A program made the translations under genes and the position numbers. From Alphaproteobacteria bacterium (GTDB taxonomy: Bacteria; Pseudomonadota; Alphaproteobacteria; Micavibrionales; UBA2020), in NCBI GenBank assembly GCA_027483355.1, contig JAIXUW010000292.1:68628-132627 (forward strand): DNA of 64,000 nt, in the 5' to 3' direction. The notes under the pieces are model-generated. The model saw only the letters and a list, made by a program, of their open reading frames with translations. It had not been told where the DNA came from and did no database searches. Each line of letters opens with the position of its first letter. Within the stretch, counting starts at the first letter, position 1. Below, one piece after another: positions 9,814 through 20,100 of the stretch.

Positions 9814-10500
9814 TCACATTGTTTTGAAGAACAAATCAATGTCGACCATGCTGTGGCCGTGAAGCGCCTTGAAATGATCCAACAAACTCTCCAAAGCGTT
9901 GGGCAAATTGGGTTGAATCGTAAATGTAGCAATCTGCGCGTTGCCGCTATCGGCAAGCTTGTTGACTCGCGAAACGGCGGTGAAAAACTGCTCGCCCATG
10001 GGACGCGCCATGTAGATTGATCCTTCCGACAGAATATTCAAAAGAACGACACGTTCTAGAGTATTGAGTTCCTGCAGATCCCTCCACTTTTTGACAATGT
10101 CGTAGCCGCACGTGGTAATGTGCACTTGCAGGCCGCAGGAAGCGTACACGAGATCCGTACTCGCCTCACTTGTATACCAGACTCGACACGCGTGATATTT
10201 GGAGTCTTGATGGTTCAAAAATTGCTTCATACCCAAAAGATGAACGACGGACTGAAGTTCGTAGGCGCTGCGGACCAAAAACACTAGTCTGTTCGACCCT
10301 TTGCGGCCCTTGGCCTCGCACCCAAAATTCAGCAACTTGCTAATCTTGGTACCCACTAATTTTGTGAAAATATTGGGCTCATTGAAAATCAAATCCCAGC
10401 CCATGTGCTCCTGTCGCCCGAGGCGAGTGCCCTCAAACAGCGAGTAGAGAGGCCGAGATGATTCGGCGGAATGTCCAATAGGCAAAATAGCAGTGCTCAT
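9814..10500 (-). CDS. Hypothetical protein (228 aa from the first ATG)
   Basis: Track ORF 9814..10812 starts at TTG. The first in-frame ATG is at 10500 (MSTAILPIGHSAESS). It lies between the two glycoprotein paralogues on the opposite strand. I recognise no motif. Confidence 0.55.
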   Translation of the reverse strand: MSTAILPIGHSAESSRPLYSLFEGTRLGRQEHMGWDLIFNEPNIFTKLVGTKISKLLNFGCEAKGRKGSNRLVFLVRSAYELQSVVHLLGMKQFLNHQDSKYHACRVWYTSEASTDLVYASCGLQVHITTCGYDIVKKWRDLQELNTLERVVLLNILSEGSIYMARPMGEQFFTAVSRVNKLADSGNAQIATFTIQPNLPNALESLLDHFKALHGHSMVDIDLFFKTM

Positions 10501-10868
10501 GGTTGATGTGATCGATTGAGAATTTGATCGGAATGAAAAGCGATAGCGGCATGTACAGCGGCCGCGTAGGTTTGACTCGGGGTGGTTTGGGAGGGTGTCT
10601 AGCAAAGTTGAACATTTCAAAGCACTCCTCGGAATCAGTTTTTGCTGGCTATTGCACACGCCGCTATCGCTAAAGTATGCAAATAAATTCAATCTTGTTA
10701 GGGAATGGTATAATATGTTAATCTGTAATTTCTTAGCGACCGCGAAATATTTAGAAGAGCGCCAGGATTTATTGGAGTTGGCGCGCCCTTTTGAGAGAGA
10801 AAAAAATGCCAAGCCGATACGACTCGCGTAATTAAGGTTTCTCTGCGAAAAACTGCATTTGTAGTGCC

Positions 10869-13463
10869 ATGAAATACAAACTAGATAGCTTGTATATTTT
10901 TTTACTGGCCGCTGTGCTCGGACTTGCGTGCCAAACGGCTCGCGCGCAGACTCCCAACCTGTCGTTGCGGCTAAACAAATACTGCGGTGCTAGAATATAC
11001 AATAACGACGTGAGCATCCCTTGTTATTTACTCGCTGGTGGATACAGAGCGTCTCGATTCCTTGGAGTATTTCCCTATCCTGCTACGGTAATTGAGTTTT
11101 ATCCCACGCCGGCTTTGCCGCCGCTAGTTTACAATGGAAGCGTTCTCAATTTTACGTTGGGACCTGAGCCAGTATATCAAAATTATTCGGGCATTCCGCT
11201 CTCAACGCTGTTCAATTTAACGGCGACTCCGCCCGCGCTACCGGGTTCTATCACATTCCCCGTGCCATATTGTGCAGCTACTAGCTTTAGAGTAATTAAC
11301 GGACTTTCAGGCATACAATATACGGCTTTAAATCCTACTACGGGATCGACTGTCCTTCGTTTTTCCGTTCCTGGGGCATCTTCGGAGTGTTTTGAGAGTC
11401 TAATGCTATACAACTACGAGCCTTTGTGTAGCGCAAAGACAACGCAAGAATTCGACACTAATTGCGCGACGGACACGACGTCATTTACGACCTGTGCAAC
11501 AAATCCGCTCAAGCTCACGCCTGTTGTACCTATTAGTCTTCAAAATGTAAACATTACTGCAGCAGGCCAAGTCTCTGCCAACGTAGTTGCCGATTTGATA
11601 AACGGTCAAATTCTACAAACGGGCCAATCTGCGTGCTCCGGATGGGGCACGACACGAAATAGAGCTCTATACGGATTTCCATTTCCTTCAACAGCAGATT
11701 TAGGATTGGCTGCGAGTGATTTGGGCCCACCGGTCCCGTATGCAGGAACAATAACATGGATCAAAAAGCCCGGATGTACTAGCAGCGCATTGGCGTTTCG
11801 AATTGACGGAATACCTCGAACTGACAGATTGACTCCGATTTTGATTCGATCTGACGCAAACGTGAACGAGGCGGCTCGCGTTGCTTACGTACCCGAGATT
11901 CAGTGCAATCAAAACGCGCTTCGGCCCGCGTCCGGTCCACGAAGACAGGCCTACATCAATGTTGCTCCGTATTGTAGAATAGCAGGACAATTTTCCACCA
12001 ATGTCCCAGCGCCTCCGAGTACGGCGTTTTACCCGGAAAAGTCCGGCGGTGTCATCCCACCCGCTAATATCAACGATGGAAACATTGTGTACATGGTGTC
12101 CGCACATAATCTGCCTGACTCTCTTGGTTCGGCTCCGTTTTCCAATGCCGACTACCCGCCGTTGAGCGCCTGGACTCAAATTAGCGCGCTCTATCCCACT
12201 AGCGTGAACCAATCGCGCATTGTGGCCACAGTGTATCCGAGAAACCGATTTAGATCGTTTGTGACTTTGAATCAGAGCTTTGCCGATTTGGAAGATCGAG
12301 CTCTCGTCTACGCCCGGAAATTCAGTCCTTATTCGGACGTGGAGCTTGTGGCATCCGAAGCGCGAATCAACAATATTCCATCATGCAATTGCTACGTACC
12401 TCAAATCAATAGCACAGTGCCGTTTGATTCCAAGGGCGCGATTCCTTGTGACACAAATTACAACGCGATTTTGAACGATATTGTTCCCTACTATTCACAG
12501 CCAACGGGAACCTTTTCGGGAACTCGACCGGCGTGTAATATCAAACTATTGGACGGGTTTTTGAACACACCCAACGGTGTACTTCAATCAGGTCTGTACA
12601 CAGCTCGAGGATTCGCTTCAGGAGCTGATCTGTATGCATGGAGATTCTCGACTGGAACACCGCAAAGTGTAGTCATTGTATCCGGTCAGGGAACTCCGGA
12701 TATTACGTTTCGCGTGTTTTCCTCGAATCAGATTCAGACTCTCGAGCTTATTGTGACTAGGCTGGAACCGACACAAAATTTCACATCCAGATGCACGCTT
12801 GAATTACGCGCGTTCACGGGCGCACCGCAAATTTTTGTGGTCCCAGTGTCGGCTCAAGTTGCTCCAGGCCAAGGGCTAACATTGAACGCGTCGTTGACGT
12901 TTTCACCGACCGGTGAACCTATAACATTCGAATGGTCCGTCTACTTACCGGACACTCAAGCCAATGTACTGACGCAGACCGGTAACACGCCAATCACAAC
13001 GTTCACTACGACCGAAGTGGGCACATATGGAATTAGACTGCGTGTAAGAAATCCTCGAGTCTATTCGGATCAGCAAATCACAATCGTGGTCACTCAGAAC
13101 GCACCGCCGCCCAACACGACCATTGAAATCCCGTCAATCTGCCAGTCCTTTTTCAACAGCGGCAACGTGAGCAATGTGACTTTTCCTCCGTACAATGCCA
13201 CGGATCCCGGTTTCATACCGCAGCCACCTCAAGCAAATTCTGTGCTCGTGCCGCCCATAGACCTGGCGCCCAATCTGACACCCGAACAGATTTTAGACGC
13301 GCGGTTCGACAATGCGTCGGAAATGTTTATAGCTCTTTTAAGAGCGTTTGTGGGAGTTATACTAGCATTAGGAGGTATATTTACAGCGTTTGTAGTATAC
13401 TGGATCGCAAAACGGTTTGTGAAATTGTTGTGCGCCAATATGGGCGATCCCAAAGTGGAATAA
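10869..13463 (+). CDS. Type I membrane glycoprotein, paralogue B (864 aa), with a PKD-like Ig domain
   Basis: ATG start with a signal peptide (MKYKLDSLYIFLLAAVLGLACQTARA). It has many sequons, a TM segment (FVGVILALGGIFTAFVVYWIA) and a short tail. The segment GLTLNASLTFSPTGEPITFEWSV...GTYGIRLRVRN fits the PKD-domain pattern. Confidence 0.85.
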   Translation: MKYKLDSLYIFLLAAVLGLACQTARAQTPNLSLRLNKYCGARIYNNDVSIPCYLLAGGYRASRFLGVFPYPATVIEFYPTPALPPLVYNGSVLNFTLGPEPVYQNYSGIPLSTLFNLTATPPALPGSITFPVPYCAATSFRVINGLSGIQYTALNPTTGSTVLRFSVPGASSECFESLMLYNYEPLCSAKTTQEFDTNCATDTTSFTTCATNPLKLTPVVPISLQNVNITAAGQVSANVVADLINGQILQTGQSACSGWGTTRNRALYGFPFPSTADLGLAASDLGPPVPYAGTITWIKKPGCTSSALAFRIDGIPRTDRLTPILIRSDANVNEAARVAYVPEIQCNQNALRPASGPRRQAYINVAPYCRIAGQFSTNVPAPPSTAFYPEKSGGVIPPANINDGNIVYMVSAHNLPDSLGSAPFSNADYPPLSAWTQISALYPTSVNQSRIVATVYPRNRFRSFVTLNQSFADLEDRALVYARKFSPYSDVELVASEARINNIPSCNCYVPQINSTVPFDSKGAIPCDTNYNAILNDIVPYYSQPTGTFSGTRPACNIKLLDGFLNTPNGVLQSGLYTARGFASGADLYAWRFSTGTPQSVVIVSGQGTPDITFRVFSSNQIQTLELIVTRLEPTQNFTSRCTLELRAFTGAPQIFVVPVSAQVAPGQGLTLNASLTFSPTGEPITFEWSVYLPDTQANVLTQTGNTPITTFTTTEVGTYGIRLRVRNPRVYSDQQITIVVTQNAPPPNTTIEIPSICQSFFNSGNVSNVTFPPYNATDPGFIPQPPQANSVLVPPIDLAPNLTPEQILDARFDNASEMFIALLRAFVGVILALGGIFTAFVVYWIAKRFVKLLCANMGDPKVE

Positions 13464-13475
13464 ACGATATTTCTT

Positions 13476-15200
13476 TTAGTGATAATTTGTTGCAAGTGGG
13501 ATTCGCGGATTCATTCTTCTCCAAACGGTCATGCTTGTTTTTAGTTTGTTTTCTATTGAGTTGATTGGAACTATTGTTTTCTTCACAATTTGTATCAAAT
13601 GTTCAAAAAGCTCTCTTTGTCCGGATTGTCGCATTTCACAGAGCCTTCGTATGTCGCCGGCGCCCGGCGGGTTTTGATCAAACAGAGCGACAAATTCGCC
13701 GAGAACTTCTCGCGTTTCTCGTAAAATGGTGTCTACCTTTTCTGAAAAATATAGCCTGCATTGTCGAAAGTCAACAGTGTCTTCAATCGAGTAGGCATCC
13801 TTGATAGTGTCACGCAGATCTGACAATACGGCGTTTGCTATTTTAGGCGCTATGTCGTAGCCGTCCAAATTTCTTAACTCTCTACGCGCGTCTTCAATTT
13901 GACTTTCTGTTATTTGGATTGCAAATTGTCTAGCGACCTGTGCGGCATATTGGCTAATTTTTAGCTCGGGAGCGTTGTCTATGGACATTCTGTTCCCGTC
14001 GGCGTCGAAAGCCGAATCTTCAAATTCTCTCTTGACCATTAACATGGCAGCGTGCTCTAGCACCGTAGCACCCTCGAATCCACGATCGGTTTTTATGGCA
14101 TCAAATTGTATCTTTTTTCTGCCACGTGGCTGAGCTACTGCGTTATTGTTTCCGCCTTGTCCGCCAGGAAGAGGAGGGAGAGGCGGTGCTGCGGGCGGAC
14201 CGTCTTGTCTGCCAGCGAATAAATTGGCGCCAATCGCGTCGGCATAATCCGCACTCGTGTTGCTTAAGTAATACGAAAACAATCTATAGATTGTCTCAGA
14301 TTGGAAGAACTGGCGAAATTTGGCCAAAAGTGCCTTGATTTTGTCGACGCATCTGTTTTCTGCAAGCTTTGTGTACACTCTGTCGATTTCGTCCCAAAAC
14401 CTTTTCCTCGCGTCGAATGTTAAAATCTGTTTGGCGCAGAATACTGCGTACAGAGTTCTTGTTTGGCGATTCAGCTGAGAAAAAGCAGAGTTTTTAAAGT
14501 TTCCGAAAGCTTTGTCAGGCTTACTTAAGTCGTAGAAAAAATACATCTTTTCCACCATACTTGTCATTGCATCAAATAGACTTTTCTCCGTGCGAGGGCC
14601 TGACAGGTTTTCAACAATTACGTCTGCTGCCAGCTTGTCCAATCGATCAGAGTACCCGGAGTTGTCCATAATAGAACGAACAAAATACACTTTTCCTCTG
14701 AATAGTATGACATTGACAGCTATGGAAAGTCTAAATACGCGTTCGGCCCAAATTCTGTTTTCCTCGTCGGCGTAAGTAAAGTTGTCGTTTGGTTTGGGAT
14801 TATAAGAAAACTTGGGGTCCAAAGACCCAACAAACTGCTTGGGTGTTCGTATTGTCGCTTTTACTTCGGTAAAAGCGGTTTTGATCACACGTTTCGCCGC
14901 GGGGGATTTATCCGTGTTGGACGTTTTTATCTTCATTCTTACAACGTCTTCCGTTTTGACTTCTTGTGCGATTGCAAACAATTCCGTCTGCTCACGCTTG
15001 ACGCCGTAATCAGTTTCTCCCTTCTTTTTTACTCTGTATTCTGTTTCAAGTCCAAGCACCTTGTCTGTTATTTTTGTAACATCGACGACGACCTCGTTCT
15101 TACTGTTAACGAGCACTGGAATTTTTGTTTCCTCGGTCCCCATTAAAAGCAAAATTTCGGCATCTGTAAAGTATTTTGAAAATCTACCTTCCTGCGCCAT
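13476..15200 (-). CDS. Hypothetical protein (574 aa) with an internal poly-proline/glycine linker
   Basis: Track ORF 13476..15233 starts at GTG. The first ATG is at 15200 (MAQEGRFSKYF). It contains PPAAPPLPPLPGGQGGNNN. Its stop lies only 12 nt from the convergent stop of paralogue B. Confidence 0.75.
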   Translation of the reverse strand: MAQEGRFSKYFTDAEILLLMGTEETKIPVLVNSKNEVVVDVTKITDKVLGLETEYRVKKKGETDYGVKREQTELFAIAQEVKTEDVVRMKIKTSNTDKSPAAKRVIKTAFTEVKATIRTPKQFVGSLDPKFSYNPKPNDNFTYADEENRIWAERVFRLSIAVNVILFRGKVYFVRSIMDNSGYSDRLDKLAADVIVENLSGPRTEKSLFDAMTSMVEKMYFFYDLSKPDKAFGNFKNSAFSQLNRQTRTLYAVFCAKQILTFDARKRFWDEIDRVYTKLAENRCVDKIKALLAKFRQFFQSETIYRLFSYYLSNTSADYADAIGANLFAGRQDGPPAAPPLPPLPGGQGGNNNAVAQPRGRKKIQFDAIKTDRGFEGATVLEHAAMLMVKREFEDSAFDADGNRMSIDNAPELKISQYAAQVARQFAIQITESQIEDARRELRNLDGYDIAPKIANAVLSDLRDTIKDAYSIEDTVDFRQCRLYFSEKVDTILRETREVLGEFVALFDQNPPGAGDIRRLCEMRQSGQRELFEHLIQIVKKTIVPINSIENKLKTSMTVWRRMNPRIPLATNYH

Positions 15201-15262
15201 GGCTTTTGCAGTATCAATAGTAAACACGTACACTAAAACACATGGAATTGTATGATAACAGA

Positions 15263-17011
15263 TTAAATTTGTACAAGCCGATCGACACTTGCAGCTGCGT
15301 TGCGAATATCGTACTCTGCTTTACGTCGTTGTTCAATTGCTTCTTCTTCAGTCAAGTCCTTGGAAAGAACGCCGAGAATAGCGCCAATCTTTTCAGTTCG
15401 TTCTCTGGCTTCTGCCGTTCGTCTCTCATCGTCTCTTCGTCTTTGTTCGATATCAGCAGCGTTTGTCGCGCTTGAATTTTGCTGCGCCATTTGACTTGCT
15501 CGGCTGGGACCGGGCAACTTGTACACTGGATTGCGGTCGGTTTTGTAACGTTCCTTAGCAGTCTCGGTTCTTGGGAACGAATATATAATGTCCGCTTCGT
15601 CTAATACAGGTTGTGCGTATCCAAGAACCATCGTCGTTGACTTTATAGTCGCCTTCTTAATATTTCCTTTTCCATCAAGTTCCGGGATTTGGAGCAGAGA
15701 ATATATGTCTTTTAAAACCAAACCGTATTCCTTTTCCAAAGCCGGTTCAAACGCTTCCGTAAACTCTTTTTGCCTTTGTTCGATGTATTGGTCTATATAA
15801 GCGTCGACTGCAACGCCAAGTGCCTTGCCATACAATCGCCCAATGTCCTCCTTCGGCGTTACTCTTTTTTTCGTTTTCAAAGCTTCTTTTCTTTTCTGTA
15901 TAAGATTTCTAACCGCTTTAAATGCGCCTACACGTTTCTGTTGCGTTTCGGCGGTGACGCTAGCCGATGCATCTTCTGCTATTACATCGCCCGTATCGGC
16001 TTCGTATTCGGCTATTTTTGCTTTTAGTGCGTTTACTTCTTCAATCGGAGTTCCAATTATTGTATTCGTGACTTGGATGACAGGAGGAGAATTTTTGGCT
16101 CGTTTTTCAAATGCCCGCAAGCGCGCGACTTTCGCTTTAAGCCTAGAAATATCAGCATATGACGGCTCACGCGCCGCAGTAGTTTCTTGCACCGCGTCCT
16201 CGACGTCTTCTTTTACACGAACAAGACTGTCGTAAACTGCTTGCAAAGGTCGAGTATTTGACCGGTTGACTCCGGCAATATCAGCAGTCAGAGACATGGC
16301 CAATTCTGCATGTTGCTGCAGTCGCGACGTCAGCGCGGCCACTAATCCCTTTTCAATGAGTAATTGCCGGTTTACTTCCCTGTAAGCTTGAACCAGTTCA
16401 GTGTTTTGACGTTTGATCAAGCTCAAGTCGGATTCGAGACCCTGAATCTGCGTTCGCAGGCCGGACGATTCGTTCTGTAGATATATATCTTTTTCTTTTA
16501 GCCCTCTAAGTTCAGCAGTAGCAACTGCCAACGATCGAGTGGTTTGCACGACATTAAGATTTGCACTACGACGGTCGCTGTCGATCTTTTCGTTCTTTTG
16601 TAGCAAAAATTGGACTTCTTTTTCGGCATCTGCCAAATCTCGTTGAACGTCTGCGATCTGGGCTTGTAATTGCGTTTCGCGTTCGGCAGCAGTCGTGATC
16701 CTGTCATTCAACTCGTCAATGTGTCTCTTTTGGTCAAGTGTCTCGGTCTCGAGTTCCGAATTTAGTTGCTCAAGATCTCGGACTTCTATGTCAAGCTGCT
16801 CTTTCAATTCGCGTTCTTGTTGCAGTTTTGCGGTCAAATCCCGGATAACTTCCGCCGTGCTCTTTTTCGTCTGCTCCGCGACAGCTTCCGTCTCGCGTAG
16901 TTTGGATTCAACACTCTCAAATTTACGCTTTTGTTGGCGGAGCTTGTATTTGAGAAGCGCTGTGCTCGGCGCAAAGCCTGCATCCGTAGGCGCGATTTCA
17001 GAGGACTCCAT
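15263..17011 (-). CDS. Long coiled-coil protein (582 aa; alternative start at 17083)
   Basis: Heptad-like E/K/Q/L-rich sequence runs for about 300 aa (LQQERELKEQLDIEVRDLEQLNSELETE...). The track start at 17101 is GTG. In-frame ATGs lie at 17083 (directly preceded by TGTTATAAA) and at 17011 (GTATATAAC about 60 nt upstream). Confidence 0.75.
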   Translation of the reverse strand: MESSEIAPTDAGFAPSTALLKYKLRQQKRKFESVESKLRETEAVAEQTKKSTAEVIRDLTAKLQQERELKEQLDIEVRDLEQLNSELETETLDQKRHIDELNDRITTAAERETQLQAQIADVQRDLADAEKEVQFLLQKNEKIDSDRRSANLNVVQTTRSLAVATAELRGLKEKDIYLQNESSGLRTQIQGLESDLSLIKRQNTELVQAYREVNRQLLIEKGLVAALTSRLQQHAELAMSLTADIAGVNRSNTRPLQAVYDSLVRVKEDVEDAVQETTAAREPSYADISRLKAKVARLRAFEKRAKNSPPVIQVTNTIIGTPIEEVNALKAKIAEYEADTGDVIAEDASASVTAETQQKRVGAFKAVRNLIQKRKEALKTKKRVTPKEDIGRLYGKALGVAVDAYIDQYIEQRQKEFTEAFEPALEKEYGLVLKDIYSLLQIPELDGKGNIKKATIKSTTMVLGYAQPVLDEADIIYSFPRTETAKERYKTDRNPVYKLPGPSRASQMAQQNSSATNAADIEQRRRDDERRTAEARERTEKIGAILGVLSKDLTEEEAIEQRRKAEYDIRNAAASVDRLVQI

Positions 17012-17082
17012 CCGAATTTGCGGTTTTTGAGAACACCACCCGGAATAGACAAATTTGCGTGTTATATACACATGCGATTTCA

Positions 17083-17092
17083 TTTTATAACA
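17083..17092 (-). promoter_or_regulatory. Recurrent 10-mer TGTTATAAAA (copy 1 of 3)
   Basis: Exact 10-mer on the minus strand, abutting the in-frame ATG at 17083. The other copies are at 32132 and 38163, all upstream of minus-strand ORFs. Confidence 0.4.
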
Positions 17093-17116
17093 GGATAACA
17101 CAAAACAACCCGCGCT

Positions 17117-20100
17117 TTAAAGGAGCCCCGTGGCTTGTTTTGCAAACCAATTGCTATAAAAGGGTTTGCCGTTTGCAGAGACGGGTACAGGTTCGGGATC
17201 GGGTTGATTCAACGACGGTAGCGGATTCGTTGGTTCTACGCTGCTCGTGTTCGGCAATATTGACGTTTCGAAAGCCGGCGGCGGTGGCGCTGTAGGAAAA
17301 CTCATGCCAGGCGCCGGGTACGTTTCAGACGAGAACGGCTGTGCAAAACTTGTGTTAGCCGCTGTGGACGTTTCATACAGGGACGGCTGCGCAAAACTTG
17401 TGTTAGACGTCATAGACGTATCGAACGGGACTCGGAGCGAAAAATTCGCAGGCTCCATGTCACTCACGTTGGGTAACATTGACATTCCATAGGGCGACAA
17501 GTTGTCGCTAGGCAACGTGTTTGTACCCGTTGAAGCATACAAGTAGTTTGCGATTGCTGCAGCGGTGCCAACGAGCGCGACGGCTGCTGCGGCCTTGACG
17601 TAAGGCGTGGCCTTTCCAAGCAGACCCATTATTTCCCACCCTTTTGTGACAATCAAGTTTTTCTTTTTCCCCGGATCAACTGCAATTTTGTTCTGGACAA
17701 TGTCGTTGAATTCCTTTTCTTTTACCTTGAGTTTAGTCTCAATCTGAGCCAGTTGCGGCGGCAATTCATCGTCGTCGTCGTCATCGTCTAATGCCAATTG
17801 CACTGTTATAGGGCCAGGTTGATTTGACGAATTTGACCCCGTGTATGCAATTGGTGCGTTTTGAGCGCGGTTCGGTGCCTTTGAAAAGGTATTGCGCTTG
17901 CGTTTTCCGGCGGGCTTTTGCACAACAGGCTGGTTTGTAACGGGCGCAGCCGGAACATTGGGTTGAATAGCAACAGGCACTTGCGGCGCTTGTGGCACTT
18001 GAGGTTGGATGACTGGCGCTTGTGGCACTTGAGGTTGGATGACTGGCGCTTGTGGCACTTGAGGTTGGATGACGGGCGCTTGTGGCACTTGAGGTTGGAT
18101 GACTGGCGCTTGTGGCACTTGTGGTTGGATGACGGGCGCTTGTGGCGCTTGCGGTTGAGCGGGAGGCACTTGAGGTTGCACAACAGGCAGTTGTGGCTGG
18201 CCGGGAGGCGCTTGTGGTTGCACGACGGGCACTTGTGGCTGAACAGCGGGAGCCACTTGTGGCGGAGCGGCAGGCGGGTTTCTTCTAAACCAATTTCCAA
18301 TGCTATTCACAATATCTCCAATCACTGCTGCTTTTTGAGGAACATACGCGGCTGCCTTTCTGAGACTAGACAGTACTTCTCCGGCTTTGCGTGTGAGCTC
18401 GGCGCCGTAGCCTGGTCTCTCGTACAGTTTCCGATACTCTCTAATCCTTTCCCTAAGCTCGCTGACTTCCGTTCTCGCAGCCGAGGCCTCAGATTCGACC
18501 TGTTTAGCACGCGCAGCCACCCTTCTCGCCTTTGCCTTTGCCGATCGAAGTTTCGCCGCGTTCTGACTCGACGCTCGCGAGTTGAATTTCATTCCGGCGA
18601 ATGTATTCTGCATTTCTTTCAATGCATATTCACCCAAGTGACCGGCTCGTTTTGTCAAATGCGACTTGTTCCACAGACTGTAGCGAGCCGTGGACGAGAA
18701 GGTGCTGCCCAAGTCCCACGCGATGAAAAGAGTAGTTTTCGACTTTTCCACATCGGCATTTTTTGCAAAATACGCGCTTATAGCTTTTTCTTCTTCCTCA
18801 AGCGTAATTGGGAGGAAATCAAACTCGGAGGTCGAGAAAATCGGCCGAATGTTGTCTGCCACGTAATTCTCTGCCGCCTTCACGTCGTATGCAGCAATTA
18901 CGACTTTTGTAACGACACCACTGAGAAGGAAAAGTGCTTCTGACATCGCTAACAAAGACACGGCGGGGACGGCAAGCCTGATCACTGGATATCCGTACCG
19001 CGCATCTCTCACGAGATACTCTTTGAAAATGTTTTGGTGGTACAGTGCTTCCATAATCAACTTTGAACCGCTCAAATACTGCTTGAGAGACAGTTCGCCG
19101 ATCAAAGTGCGAGACTGAGCCGATTCACGCAGTTCGGTTGCCGAAAATCCGTAGTTGACAACGGCATCGGGCGACGGGAAGCATCCATCGTAAATGTCGA
19201 ATGCGATCGAGTAGATGGCCGTGGTCACGGGCGCCCATGACTCAGTTGCGGTTTTTGCGAGACTCTGCACTTTGTCGGCCCATTCTTTAACAAGCGGGGT
19301 TGCCGCGTTTTGTGCTTGAAAGTGCTTGCCGATGACTTGCACAGCACGCATCAATTGTTCCACGCTGCCCTCGTATAAGAACGGTTGAAATTGAGCGTCC
19401 AAGATTGCCATACAGAGTTCTTGACCGAGTCCGGTCAAGTTGTAAAAGTCCATTTTGGACAATAGATCCAAAATTTTGTCGGCATAACCTTCCGATGCTT
19501 TGCTATACACTGCAGCGGACTTGATCCACGTGTCCACGAGTTCCTTTTCCAATTTCTCGTAGCTGGGGTCCGGAAGAACCAAATTTCTCGCCGCGTGAAC
19601 CTCGTCCCGAATCGTTGTTATGCTTTCTTCAGAAGCAGTCCAGCCGACCAGAGTGGCTGCAGCGGCAACTTGCACAGTGTCAGTCGAATCGACCTTTGCG
19701 AACACGTCGTATATTTGACGCGCTCGAGGCGGAAGCTGATTGATCATTGCCTGCATTCCGGTAATGGTAATAATCGAAGTGTACGTTCCGTATTTTTCAA
19801 ACGCTTTGGGCTCGCTGTTGAACGCACACGCGACCGCTTGCTGGTATTTTGTGAATATGGACAGATCCGGAAGCTTTGGCTTTTTCTCCTTTGGCGGCTT
19901 TGCATCGGGCGCAGGCGCGTCTTGGTCTCCATTTTCCGGAGCCGACATCTGTTCTGCCTTTCTTTTGCCCTTGGGTTTGGAATTACCGCCGCCGGCTTTT
20001 GGACCCCGAAGTTCAAACAGAGAGTTTGTCGGCGAGACGTCCATGGCGTCCTCCTCGTTCTTTTTCTTTTTAGACGACTTGCTCTCACGCTTGGTCAGAT

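Noticed and set aside
10541-10672. 12-bp inverted repeat AGCGATAGCGGC / GCCGCTATCGCT about 110 bp apart, upstream of the 228-aa gene
   Set aside because: One such pair within about 150 bp is close to chance expectation for this window size (about 0.5), and it has no supporting context.
18001-18150. CRISPR-like reading of the regularly spaced 30-bp repeats
   Set aside because: The units are directly adjacent with no spacers, lie in frame inside a long CDS, and encode a peptide repeat.
17918-18943. 341-aa plus-strand ORF, together with the 164-aa minus ORF 17806..18300
   Set aside because: These are antisense or alternative-frame to the 2400-aa CDS. They stay open only because of the 30-bp tandem repeat, and the W/R/L-rich repetitive translation does not look like protein.
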